Source: a virus (lineage: Duplodnaviria; Caudoviricetes). Taken from it: a stretch of 26,370 bases of DNA. The number at the start of each line of letters is the position of its first letter. Position 1 is the first letter of the stretch. A program made the translations under genes and the position numbers. This document shows, in pieces, positions 15,204-24,181 of the stretch. The stretch is taken from positions 1-26,370 of the IMG/VR virus record IMGVR_UViG_3300016654_000138. One strand, 5' to 3'. The notes beneath the pieces are model-generated. The model saw only the letters and a list, made by a program, of their open reading frames with translations, searched no databases and was not told where the DNA came from.

Positions 15204-16353
15204 TATCTCCAACATCGTTCCCATTTCGGTGTCGATCTCTTCGGCTGGTCTTGCGGATGCGGACTTCACCAGTTCGGTGATGTTCGCGGACCTGACGGAC
15301 CTGGCTGACGGCGTGTCGTTCCCGGCCAATACCTACCAGGACTTCACCAGCCTCACCGATATCGCAGCGATTCTCAGCCTGACGTCTGATGCCTACTACG
15401 CCGCCGCGACGTACTTCGCCAACAAGACCCGATCCCCAACCTTCACCATCTTCATGAAGGAAAACGATTCGGTTGACCCTACTGCGGCGGCCAGCCAACT
15501 GGCGGCGTCTGGCGTGTGGCGCTACAACCATTACTTCAAGAACGGCGACGTCAAGGTCGGCAACGTCTCGAACCTGGCCACCTGGGCAGACGCATCCAAT
15601 CGCGCGGTATGGGTCACGGTCAGCGATGCGGCGGCCATCACTGCCGACTCCACCACTGATCTTGCCTCGGTGATCGCGGGCCTGGGTGCTCGCCATGTCT
15701 TCCAGGGTTTCCGCGCTCCTGCCACCCTGGCGGCTGATGCCACTCAGGGGTACCCCATGAACGCCTTGGCGGCCAAGTTCACCAAATGGAACCCGGCCGG
15801 CGAGAACACCGCGATCACCGGCGAGTATCAGAACCTGACCAGCGTTACCGCTGACTCGCTGTCGAGCACGGCCATCGGCATCCTGAAGAACAAGAAGTGC
15901 GTCTACTTCTCCAAGGTCGTCTCCAGTGGCAGCACCACCGGCACCATGTCGATGAACACGCAGTCGCCATCCGCCAACGGCGAGTGGATCGACGATGTGA
16001 TCGGGGTGGACATGCTGGTGAATGCACTGCAGGTAGGCCTGTTCAACTGGCTGGTCCAGCCTCAGACCAAGCGAGGCCTGGACGCCAAGAACTTTGCTGG
16101 CGCGATCACTGCTGCCGGCAACATCTGCAAGCAGTACTACGACAACGGGTTCCTGGGGGCGGGCAACATCACCGATCCCGACACAGGCAACGATCTGTAC
16201 CTGGCGAACGGGTACTACATCGACAACGACCCAACCGATGTCGAGAGCCTGACCACCGCCCAGCGCCAGTCGCGTACCTACCCAGTGCTGAACGTTTACG
16301 TTCTGCGTGACGGTGCGGCCCACTTCATCCCTGTCAGCCTCTACGTGGAGTGA
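15193..16353 (+). CDS. Contractile tail sheath protein (DUF3383-like), 386 aa
   Basis: DISNIVPISVSIS, YYAAATYF, NGEWIDDVIGVDMLVNALQ, NGFLGAG, NGYY, QRQSR, GAAHFI. Confidence 0.88.
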   Translation: MAVDISNIVPISVSISSAGLADADFTSSVMFADLTDLADGVSFPANTYQDFTSLTDIAAILSLTSDAYYAAATYFANKTRSPTFTIFMKENDSVDPTAAASQLAASGVWRYNHYFKNGDVKVGNVSNLATWADASNRAVWVTVSDAAAITADSTTDLASVIAGLGARHVFQGFRAPATLAADATQGYPMNALAAKFTKWNPAGENTAITGEYQNLTSVTADSLSSTAIGILKNKKCVYFSKVVSSGSTTGTMSMNTQSPSANGEWIDDVIGVDMLVNALQVGLFNWLVQPQTKRGLDAKNFAGAITAAGNICKQYYDNGFLGAGNITDPDTGNDLYLANGYYIDNDPTDVESLTTAQRQSRTYPVLNVYVLRDGAAHFIPVSLYVE

Positions 16354-16359
16354 TAACGA

Positions 16360-16764
16360 ATGTCCATGACCAACTACGGAGCCGCCGGCGCCAACCTGTC
16401 GATCAACGGCATCACGATCAGCTCCTTCGGTGACACCGATCCGCCCATCTCCATCGAGGATATGGAGCCGCGGGCCGCGCTCAAGCGTGGTACAGGGGGC
16501 AAATCAATTCGCATGGACAACGTCACCCGCGCCAAGCGACTCACCATCAATTTACTGCCAGGCTCCGACGAGGCGCGTCAGATCATCGCTCTGGACAAGA
16601 CCCGGGTCGACTTCTACGGCTCGTTCAGCCAGTCCGGATCGGGCGAATCCCTGGTGTTCTACACCGGCATCCTCGTCAACCGTGGCCAGGTGGGTCGTGG
16701 TGGCAAGACCAACGTTTCCGACGACCAGTTCATCTTCGAGTTCAACGACTCCGAAGAGGTCTAA
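16360..16764 (+). CDS. Tail tube protein, 134 aa
   Basis: Follows the sheath gene. INGITISSFG, LTINLLPGS, FIFEF. Confidence 0.82.
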   Translation: MSMTNYGAAGANLSINGITISSFGDTDPPISIEDMEPRAALKRGTGGKSIRMDNVTRAKRLTINLLPGSDEARQIIALDKTRVDFYGSFSQSGSGESLVFYTGILVNRGQVGRGGKTNVSDDQFIFEFNDSEEV

Positions 16765-16809
16765 CCCACCTGATAGGCCGCTCCGGCGGCCTTACACCCA
16801 AGGAATCAC

Positions 16810-17214
16810 ATGGCTCGTCAACTCAAGCTCCATATTGGTGGCACTGAATACGGCGGCACGACGGCGCCGGCCAAGGCTCAGGAAGAGATGCTGCACCTGG
16901 CTGTGAATGTTGGTCTGATCTCGTTTCTCAGCGAGAAGAATCCATCCGGTGACGCAGAGTTGGTCATGGCCCTTCTGCGCGCCCCGTTCGATGCCGTGCA
17001 ACGTCTGACCGCGCTAGCTCTGCGCAACGGCGCCTCGGACCTGGTGCTGCGAGATGACGGCCAGGGCAACATTGTGCTCCCCATCGGACCCAATCTGTTC
17101 CAGGACAATATCCAGTTCTACTACCTTCTGGTCGCCTACGTTCTTCGGGAGAACCTGAAGGGTTTTTTCGCGCTCCTCCCTCCAAGCGCCGAAGAGCCTC
17201 TGGGGGCAGCGTAA
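16810..17214 (+). CDS. Tail assembly chaperone (gpG-like), 134 aa
   Basis: AAGGA SD. Lies between tube and tape measure genes and ends ...LRENLKGFF over a slippery site. Confidence 0.85.
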   Translation: MARQLKLHIGGTEYGGTTAPAKAQEEMLHLAVNVGLISFLSEKNPSGDAELVMALLRAPFDAVQRLTALALRNGASDLVLRDDGQGNIVLPIGPNLFQDNIQFYYLLVAYVLRENLKGFFALLPPSAEEPLGAA

Positions 17215-17399
17215 GCAAGACCAACTGGTTCCTCTGGCGGCCGTGTGTGGCTTCCACGGCATGCCCGGCGCCGCTGGCTCGTTACGAGCAGATGCTCGAT
17301 GGGACCTTCGACCTGGGAGAGGTCATCGAGATGCACAACGTCCTCGATGAGATGGAGGCGATGTACGAGCGCGCTGTGATCGCCGCGCGCCGGCGGTGA
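17160..17399 (+). CDS. -1 frameshift extension of the tail chaperone (gpT-like); fusion 16810-17399, about 196 aa
   Basis: Slippery heptamers G GGT TTT (17160-17166) and T TTT TTC (17163-17169). The -1 frame is open to TGA at 17397-17399 and reads ...KTNWFLWRPCVASTACPAPLARYEQMLDGTFDLGEVIEMHNVLDEMEAMYERAVIAARRR*. Not in the ORF track. Confidence 0.85.
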   Translation, partial: GFFRAPPSKRRRASGGSVSKTNWFLWRPCVASTACPAPLARYEQMLDGTFDLGEVIEMHNVLDEMEAMYERAVIAARRR

Positions 17400-17405
17400 T
17401 ACCAT
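17397..17405 (+). promoter_or_regulatory. Candidate extended -10 promoter for the moron
   Basis: TG-a-TACCAT, 23 nt upstream of the ATG. No good -35 element. Confidence 0.4.
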
Positions 17406-17428
17406 CGACCTCTCACGGAGGGGATCGC

Positions 17429-17920
17429 ATGAGAAATCTGATTATTGCACTGGCTTGCTCGGCAACCTTCGCCAGTTCGGCCTGTATGGCTGCCGGCGCG
17501 AAGGAGTGGACGCTGATAAATGACAGCGTTGCGGTATTGGCGCCGCGGGATGGGGCGAAGGTTTTGGCTGTAGCCAGATATATCGGGCCGGGGCCAGACG
17601 TTTTCCTCCCATACTTTGCCGTGCCAGGGTCGGTTCTGTGCGGAGGCAAGGCCGTTGACCCGGTGGGCTCATCCGATGGTGAGGGGAGCATATTTTTAGC
17701 GGGACTGCCGGCCATCTCAAGTTTCACCAGATGTGACGGGGATATGTCGATTACAGTCCCTGAGACCGATGCCGGCATACGGTTTCTATCAATGCACTTT
17801 ACCTCGGGCAGCATCAGCCTCTCCAACTCGAAAGGAGAGCGAGTTGGCTACTTCACCTCCCGAAAACTGATTGATGTCATGATCGCTGCGATGCAGGGAA
17901 AACTGCGCAGAGGCATGTAG
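17429..17920 (+). CDS. Moron: exported protein with signal peptide, 163 aa
   Basis: GGAGGG SD then ATG 17429. Signal peptide MRNLIIALACSATFASSACMA. Atypical codon usage. Flanked by a candidate promoter and a terminator. Confidence 0.78.
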   Translation: MRNLIIALACSATFASSACMAAGAKEWTLINDSVAVLAPRDGAKVLAVARYIGPGPDVFLPYFAVPGSVLCGGKAVDPVGSSDGEGSIFLAGLPAISSFTRCDGDMSITVPETDAGIRFLSMHFTSGSISLSNSKGERVGYFTSRKLIDVMIAAMQGKLRRGM

Positions 17921-17929
17921 CCTAATAAC

Positions 17930-17954
17930 AAGCCCCGTCCTCGGGGCTTTTTTT
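17930..17954 (+). terminator. Intrinsic terminator closing the moron
   Basis: AAGCCCCG-tcct-CGGGGCTT running into 7 Ts. Confidence 0.88.
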
Positions 17955-17970
17955 CGCCTGGAGACAACCA

Positions 17971-20070
17971 ATGTCCGAAGAAGTCATCGACGCGCTGCTG
18001 GTCAAACTGGGCGTGACGGTTGACCAGGCCAGCTTCGAAGAAAGCACCCAGGCAGTGAATGGCCTGGACAATGCAATCAACAAAGCAGCGCGCGAACGGG
18101 GCAAGACGGGTCTCGACCGGATCGGCAAGAACATGGCCGATACTGGAGCTGGCGCGCGGGCCGTTGAACAGGGTATCGACAAGTTCGGAAAGGCAGTTGA
18201 TCGCGTGCCTCGCTCGGTTAACGTGCTCCAGACGCGCCTGGGCTCGGCCACCCAGCAGATGGCGAGCTTTCGCAAGGAGACGCAGGCGGCCGTATCCTTG
18301 CTGTCGCGTGGAGCTTCCGCAACCGGCCTAGGCCCACTGTCTGGAAGCATGTTTTCTGTGCTGGCAGCCGGTGGCCCCCTTGCGATGGCGGCTGCAGGTA
18401 TTGGCGGGCTAGCTGCAAATGCATTCTCATACACCAATGGCGCCCTGAGCACCGAAGTAAACTCCAGCACCTATGGAGTTTCTAAATCGGACTTTCAGAA
18501 CTTCAATCGGTTCGGAAAAAAAATAACAGGCGAAGATGATGTTGGAACGCAAATCCTGCAGGCGGCCCAGAGGATAAAAGTCGGTTCTGCGGTAGGGAAC
18601 ATACCTGTAGATATTCCTCGGTATGGAGGGTCACCTTCTGATTTTGCTGACGCGTTCAAGCGCCCCACAATGGATGTGGTTGATACTATCCAAAGGCAGC
18701 TCGCTCGCACCACCGACCCATTGATGAAACAGGGGATCGGTGGCGCGCTTGGACTGAGCCAGTCAGCCATCATGGCTCTGGGTCAAGATTATCGAAGTGG
18801 AATTCGCCAGTCTGATAGAGCCGGGTCTACATACAGCGATAAAGATGTAGAAAATGCGAGAAAATTTCAGGATTCCTTGGTTAATCTGACAACTGATTTT
18901 GATCGGTTGAAAATAACCTTGGGGCAGGATGTCATTCCATCTTTGGATAACTTTGTTAAGAGAGTAGATAACTTTTTCTCAGATGGTGGTGGTGCCAGCA
19001 AGTACCTTGATGCGTTTGGTAAACTATCAAATGGTGATTTGAAGGGATTCAGAGAGGCGTTTGCGGATGCCGAGCAGTCAACCCAAGTAGTATCTCCAGA
19101 ACAGAATCAGGCCATGACCAATTGGATCATGGAGAATGTGCCGTTCGACAAGCTAGCTCATTATACCTATGACGGGGCAGTGAATGGTTGGCAGAAAGAT
19201 GGGCTCAAGGGTGCCCTGAAAGGCGCTCGCGACGGTTTTAAAGCATCTCCTGTTGTGGCTAACCCTTGGCTTGATGGAATGACCTCTGATGGATGGGAGT
19301 CTGCGAAGCAGTCCATTTACGCAAAAATGCCAAGCGCTCATATCGATGATGATCTTGGTAAGCCGCTCAAGCCCGAGTATCAACCTAAGCCCAAGATGGT
19401 ACCCGGAACGTCGATGATGAAAATCACCGATGAGCAGGCCGCCGCCCAGCAGCGTGCCTTGCAGTATTTCATGCAGAACGGGTACAGCAGCGCTCAATCG
19501 TACGGAATCGTCGCCAACCTTACACAGGAGAGCGGGATGAATACCGGCGCTGTCGGGGACAGCGGGCAGGCATACGGCCTTGCTCAATGGCATCCAGACC
19601 GGCAGAAGGACTTCAAGGATTTCTTCGGCAAGGACATTCGGCAGTCGACAGAGCGCGACCAGCTTGACTTCATCAACTACGAGCTCCAGAACAAGGAGAA
19701 ACGGGCTGGCGATGCTTTGGCTGGAACAAAAACAGCCTCTGAGGCTGCCGATGTGTTTCGCCGCCTGTACGAGCGGCCGGCAGAAAACTCCGCAGACGCA
19801 GCAAAACGTATGCTCATGGCCAATCAGCTCCGAGACCTTTCGAGCGAGCCGAACGCTTACCAGACCGTTTCTCAGCCATCTGCGCCAGTATCCACTGCCG
19901 CAAGCGTGCCACAGCAGAGCGCAACGGACGGCAATGTTGTACACATCGATGCGCGCGGTTCAACCGACGTGCACCATGTCACGAGTGAGGCCCTGAGGGC
20001 GGCAAACGACCACTTCCAGGGGCAACTTACTGTCGCGATGTCTCACCTGAGTATGGACCTTGACCAATGA
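17971..20070 (+). CDS. Tape measure protein with phage tail lysozyme domain, 699 aa
   Basis: N-terminal VIDALLVKLG, helical Ala/Gly-rich body, and a lysozyme-like segment YFMQNGYS..QSYGIVANLTQESGMN..AVGDSGQAYGLAQW...QLDFINYEL...YERP. Confidence 0.92.
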   Translation: MSEEVIDALLVKLGVTVDQASFEESTQAVNGLDNAINKAARERGKTGLDRIGKNMADTGAGARAVEQGIDKFGKAVDRVPRSVNVLQTRLGSATQQMASFRKETQAAVSLLSRGASATGLGPLSGSMFSVLAAGGPLAMAAAGIGGLAANAFSYTNGALSTEVNSSTYGVSKSDFQNFNRFGKKITGEDDVGTQILQAAQRIKVGSAVGNIPVDIPRYGGSPSDFADAFKRPTMDVVDTIQRQLARTTDPLMKQGIGGALGLSQSAIMALGQDYRSGIRQSDRAGSTYSDKDVENARKFQDSLVNLTTDFDRLKITLGQDVIPSLDNFVKRVDNFFSDGGGASKYLDAFGKLSNGDLKGFREAFADAEQSTQVVSPEQNQAMTNWIMENVPFDKLAHYTYDGAVNGWQKDGLKGALKGARDGFKASPVVANPWLDGMTSDGWESAKQSIYAKMPSAHIDDDLGKPLKPEYQPKPKMVPGTSMMKITDEQAAAQQRALQYFMQNGYSSAQSYGIVANLTQESGMNTGAVGDSGQAYGLAQWHPDRQKDFKDFFGKDIRQSTERDQLDFINYELQNKEKRAGDALAGTKTASEAADVFRRLYERPAENSADAAKRMLMANQLRDLSSEPNAYQTVSQPSAPVSTAASVPQQSATDGNVVHIDARGSTDVHHVTSEALRAANDHFQGQLTVAMSHLSMDLDQ

Positions 20071-20717
20071 GCATTGCCGCAATCTTCCTCAACAAGGTGC
20101 CAACCCTCGGCGGGAATGGATTCACGCCGATCATTTTTGACGCCATCCTTTCCGAGATGCAGTACGTCTCGGCCAGGATGTCGCAGTACCCATTGGAGAG
20201 CGGGGCAATTGCCTCTGATCACTCGATCCAGCTTCCAAACGTCCTGACAGTGACCGTAGGCGTCAGCGACAACCCCTTCAAGGTGCTCACCGCTTCCACC
20301 ACGAGCGGCGCATCTACTGTTGAATCCACCCTGATCGGAGCTGCGGCCGGCGCGGTAGTGTCGAAACTTGGCTCTACAGCGCTCGCATTACTGGGCCTGG
20401 GGATGGGTGCAACGCTGTCGAGCAGTTCCTCCACCCGCTCGACTACCGTGAAGAACGCGCTGCATTACCTCAAGGCGACCGGCGCGCTGATCAACTTCGT
20501 AGGGACCAAGGAGACCTACAAGAGCGTGGTGGTAGTCGGCGTCCGCTCGGTGATCGACAAAAACTCTGAGCTTGGGGGTATTTTTCAGATCGACCTGGCT
20601 CAACCCACAATCATCTCCAATGCAGGGACCGGGACGGTGACGACGACGCTGGGGAGTGGTAGCGAATCCACTCAGGGGCAGAGCTCGGTTAACGCCGGGA
20701 CGGTGGTGCCATCATGA
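20067..20717 (+). CDS. Baseplate protein (Dit-like/tube initiator), 216 aa
   Basis: FDAILSE...SQYPLESGAIASDHSIQLP motif. Follows the tape measure gene. Confidence 0.78.
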   Translation: MSIAAIFLNKVPTLGGNGFTPIIFDAILSEMQYVSARMSQYPLESGAIASDHSIQLPNVLTVTVGVSDNPFKVLTASTTSGASTVESTLIGAAAGAVVSKLGSTALALLGLGMGATLSSSSSTRSTTVKNALHYLKATGALINFVGTKETYKSVVVVGVRSVIDKNSELGGIFQIDLAQPTIISNAGTGTVTTTLGSGSESTQGQSSVNAGTVVPS

Positions 20718-21004
20718 CGACAAAAACGCTATCGCTGCCCAGCAGCTACAGCTACTTCACTTTCCAGTCGTCGCTGAGCAATACCACCTACACCTTAGAT
20801 TTCCGCTGGCTGACCCGGTTTTCGTACTACGTGGTGAGCATGTATGACTCGACCGGGGCGGCGGTATTCGAAGGACGAGGGCTGCATCCCAACATGGATC
20901 TTCTTGCCGGCCTGCAACTCGGCATAGGGAAGCTCTACCTGTCAGGCGAGCCGGCAACAGTGGCGAACCTGGGAATAGATAACGCTCTGACTTGGGAGTA
21001 CTGA
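20714..21004 (+). CDS. Small baseplate protein (plug-like), 96 aa
   Basis: YTLDFRW...MDLL...GIGKL...NLG...L pattern, synteny, ATGA coupling. Confidence 0.7.
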   Translation: MTTKTLSLPSSYSYFTFQSSLSNTTYTLDFRWLTRFSYYVVSMYDSTGAAVFEGRGLHPNMDLLAGLQLGIGKLYLSGEPATVANLGIDNALTWEY

Positions 21005-21005
21005 G

Positions 21006-21944
21006 ATGGGTGTGCTCTTTGGGCGCTACTACGAGCTGACGCTGTACTCCTCTTCCAGCAGTGAATACCTGAAAATGACGGCGCCGGTGCAGATCCAGTT
21101 CAGGGTCAGTTATTACCCCGGCGTTGGCTCCATCAAAGGTACGGCGGAGATCACGATTTATGGACTGAATATCACGTCCATGGATCAAATCATCAGCAAG
21201 TACGATCGGGTGAAGCTGGTGGCCGGCTATAACGACGGCTTCGACACGATCTTCGACGGCAACGTATTCACCCCGAGCAAGGGCAAGTTTGGGGCTGAAC
21301 AGTACCTTCTTCTGTATTGCTCAATGCTTGGACAAGACGAAACAAGCGCGCGAATCAACAAAACCTGGGGATCTGGAACAAGGGTGTGCGACATCGTTCA
21401 GGAGTTAGCGGCAAGACTTGGCGTGTCTTATACCTTCCTGCCGGCGATAAATTCACCAGACAACACATTCTGGCCGTCGTTAGGTCGCGTACCGCGCCTA
21501 TCCGCAGCAGATCCGCCATATGCCGTGCTTGATGATCTTGCGAGGTCGTACGGCTTCGTGGTCTACCGCCTGGTAGATAAGGTTTTGCTTCTTCCTGGAA
21601 CGGCCGTTGGCAGTGGCACCAGTCACGAGATCTCCGCCGAAACCGGCATGGAAGGCTCCCCGATATTCACTGCCGGCCCCACGGTCAACGTGGTCACACG
21701 CATGAACACCAAGATCCTCCCTGGTGATGAGATCGTGGTAAAGAGCCGGTACAGCGTCGTATCGGTGCAGGGCGCAAACATGACAGACCAGACCAATGTC
21801 ACGCAGACAAAGTCAGGGAAGTACTTTGCCAGCTCAATCATCCATGTCGGGGATTTCTACTCCGACGTCTGGTCCACCTCGATTCAGGGTTACTCCCGTG
21901 GAGTGAACTGGAACCCCATCACTTCGGGAGACCCAAATGGTTGA
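21006..21944 (+). CDS. Baseplate hub protein, 312 aa
   Basis: FGRYYEL, AEITIYGLN, LVAGY...IFDGNV, ISAETGMEGSP, HVGD...W. Confidence 0.85.
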   Translation: MGVLFGRYYELTLYSSSSSEYLKMTAPVQIQFRVSYYPGVGSIKGTAEITIYGLNITSMDQIISKYDRVKLVAGYNDGFDTIFDGNVFTPSKGKFGAEQYLLLYCSMLGQDETSARINKTWGSGTRVCDIVQELAARLGVSYTFLPAINSPDNTFWPSLGRVPRLSAADPPYAVLDDLARSYGFVVYRLVDKVLLLPGTAVGSGTSHEISAETGMEGSPIFTAGPTVNVVTRMNTKILPGDEIVVKSRYSVVSVQGANMTDQTNVTQTKSGKYFASSIIHVGDFYSDVWSTSIQGYSRGVNWNPITSGDPNG

Positions 21945-22590
21945 TCGTCACCTGAATATGAGTGAGATGCTCGACATGTCCTTCAAGAGTGGCATGGCGA
22001 AAATCTACACCAGCATGCCGGCCACGCTGATTGCGTTCGACCCAGGAACCCAGCGGGCTCAAATTCAGCTCGGCGTAAAGCGCCGACAGAAGGGTGTTTG
22101 GAGAGACATATCCGTCCTTGTGGACGTTCCGGTCGTGTTTCCAGGCTCACAAACGTGGGCCTTTTTTTATGCCCTGAGCAAAGGCGATGAGGGGTGGGCC
22201 CACTTCTCGCAGCGGTGCATTGATGACTGGCTGTCTGCGGGCGGTTCTGCTCAGCCGTCCAGCCTGCGCATGTTCGACGCTACGGACGCGATGTTTCAGC
22301 CGGGCCTTCGCTCTGCCTTGACCGCTTTTGCACCCATGCCCAGCCAGGGCGCTGGTCTGGCCAATAAGTCTGGCACTGTCTCAATAACCGCGACGGACGA
22401 TGGTATCGACCTCAAGGTCGGCAGCACCACGGTCGTATCCACAGAGAGCTCTGTGACCCTCACCGTGGGTGGCCAGACCCTGGTCCTGTCTGCGTCAGGC
22501 CTGTTCCATAACGGTGTAAACATCGGCGCAACCCATACCCACCCAGGCGTTACGCGTGGCAGCGGGCTGACCGATCCGCCAACCGCCTGA
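21937..22590 (+). CDS. Baseplate central spike (Gp138/gpV-like), 217 aa
   Basis: DVPVVFP, KGDEG...FSQRCIDDW, a beta-helix-like C-terminus, and an HTHPG (HxH) metal-binding tip. Confidence 0.9.
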   Translation: MVDRHLNMSEMLDMSFKSGMAKIYTSMPATLIAFDPGTQRAQIQLGVKRRQKGVWRDISVLVDVPVVFPGSQTWAFFYALSKGDEGWAHFSQRCIDDWLSAGGSAQPSSLRMFDATDAMFQPGLRSALTAFAPMPSQGAGLANKSGTVSITATDDGIDLKVGSTTVVSTESSVTLTVGGQTLVLSASGLFHNGVNIGATHTHPGVTRGSGLTDPPTA

Positions 22591-22606
22591 CCTTAGCGAG
22601 CCTCAC

Positions 22607-22957
22607 ATGATCCGAAATTTCGATGGAGACGACCTTGTCACCAGCGGGGCCAGCGTATTCCTGTCTGACGAGGAGGAGCTGGCGGCCAGTGTCGTCTATC
22701 TGCTCAGGCAGATCCTAACTGAGGACTTCCTCAACCAGTCGAAGGGAACGCCCTGGTTTGATGGCATGCTCGGCAAAACCGACCCCGCACTGGTCGAGAT
22801 TCTGCTCAAGCAGTCGGTCCTGCAATCTACCAAAGTCACCCAGATCACAGCCTTCACTCTCGTCCGCGACCGGGCCACTCGCACCTATGACGTCTCCATG
22901 ACAGTCACCAATGCAACCGGGACGGTAGCTACCGTCACCTACACCACCTCGGAGTAA
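22607..22957 (+). CDS. Baseplate wedge/sheath initiator, 116 aa
   Basis: EDFLNQSKGTPWF...LGK motif. Lies between spike and J-like genes. Confidence 0.78.
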   Translation: MIRNFDGDDLVTSGASVFLSDEEELAASVVYLLRQILTEDFLNQSKGTPWFDGMLGKTDPALVEILLKQSVLQSTKVTQITAFTLVRDRATRTYDVSMTVTNATGTVATVTYTTSE

Positions 22958-22960
22958 CCT

Positions 22961-24175
22961 ATGGCGGCAGTAACCAGTAGCGGCGTTACGCTGACCACCA
23001 CCCAGGAATACCTGGCCGCCCTCAAGGCGGAATACCTGGATATCGACTCTGGCTGGGATCTGGACTCGTCCACGCCAGACGGCATGGCGCTGCAGGCCTG
23101 GGCGGAGACGCTGGGTAACCTGGATGAGCTGGTGACGTCGGTTTACAACACTCTCGACCCAAACAGCGCAATCGGCTTGCAGCTCGACCGCATCGGCGCA
23201 ATCAGCAACATCCCGCGCGCTGTCGCGACTTATTCGACCTGTTCGGCTACCTTCAAGGGCAATGCAAGTGCAGCGGTTCCGGCCGGCACCACGATCCGTA
23301 ATAGCCTCACTGACACCCTTTGGGCTACCGATGGCGCCATTACTCTTGGAAGCGACGGGACTGGGACGGTCGGTGTTACCTGCACTACATCCGGAGCTCA
23401 GACCGCCAATGTTGGCGAGTTGTCATCCATCTACGGGTCGGTCCCCCCGGGCGTGACAAGCGTCTCCAACTCAACTGCCGCATCGGTGGGCGATGCGCAG
23501 GAGAAGGACCCGGACTATCGCTTCCGCCGTAACGTAGCGGTGGCCACGCGCTCGAGCAACGTGATCGATGCGCTGTACTCGGCCGTCTACCTGGTCACCG
23601 GCGTCAAGCAGGTGAAGATCTACGAGAACACCAGGACCGTGACCGACGAGAACGGCCTGATGCCAAAGTCGATCATGCTCATCGTCGACGGCGGCGCCGA
23701 TACCGATATCCTCGCCGCCTTCGCGTCGGTGAAGTCGCCAGGGTGCGGAGACAACTCGGACCGCACAGACATGGACGCCTACATGGTCACCGGCCTGACG
23801 GCCACGCCCAGCGGCAATCCTGTCACGCTCAGCTTCTTCCGGCCTGAGCTGGTCACGGTCTACGAAGACATGTCGATCACTAGCACCACCTTGTCTGACA
23901 GCGACAAGACGACGATCAAGACACAGACCGTGTCCTACTCGTTGGAAGGTTTCACTCAGACCAGCGGGTTCATCAAGCGCGGCTTCCAGATTGGCGAGAG
24001 CGTCACGGCGGGCCGCCTGTACACCCCGGCCAACTACGTGGTGGCAGGCGCAGGGATGATCAACTCGCTGTACATCGGAATCACGCCGGGCGCCGTGAAC
24101 GCTCTCACGGTGCCGATTGCCTACAACCAGTTGGCGGTGATCAACGCCGATAACATCGACATTACCTACGAGTAA
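22961..24175 (+). CDS. Baseplate J/gp47-like wedge protein, 404 aa
   Basis: STPDG, DPNSAIGLQLDRIG, VG..QEKDPDYRFR, IYEN.T...DENG...KSI..IVDGG, FFRP. Confidence 0.9.
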   Translation: MAAVTSSGVTLTTTQEYLAALKAEYLDIDSGWDLDSSTPDGMALQAWAETLGNLDELVTSVYNTLDPNSAIGLQLDRIGAISNIPRAVATYSTCSATFKGNASAAVPAGTTIRNSLTDTLWATDGAITLGSDGTGTVGVTCTTSGAQTANVGELSSIYGSVPPGVTSVSNSTAASVGDAQEKDPDYRFRRNVAVATRSSNVIDALYSAVYLVTGVKQVKIYENTRTVTDENGLMPKSIMLIVDGGADTDILAAFASVKSPGCGDNSDRTDMDAYMVTGLTATPSGNPVTLSFFRPELVTVYEDMSITSTTLSDSDKTTIKTQTVSYSLEGFTQTSGFIKRGFQIGESVTAGRLYTPANYVVAGAGMINSLYIGITPGAVNALTVPIAYNQLAVINADNIDITYE

Positions 24176-24181
24176 CCCCTT

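Noticed and set aside
15010-16323. 437-aa minus-strand ORF, and similar ones at 9432-10505, 12084-13043, 8147-9013, 4963-5859 and 19153-19944
   Set aside because: Antisense shadows of well-supported, GC3-biased structural genes, with no recognisable motifs.
16775-16792. Hairpin AGGCCGC-tccg-GCGGCCT after the tube gene
   Set aside because: No U-tract, so not called a terminator. Probably an ordinary mRNA-stabilising stem.
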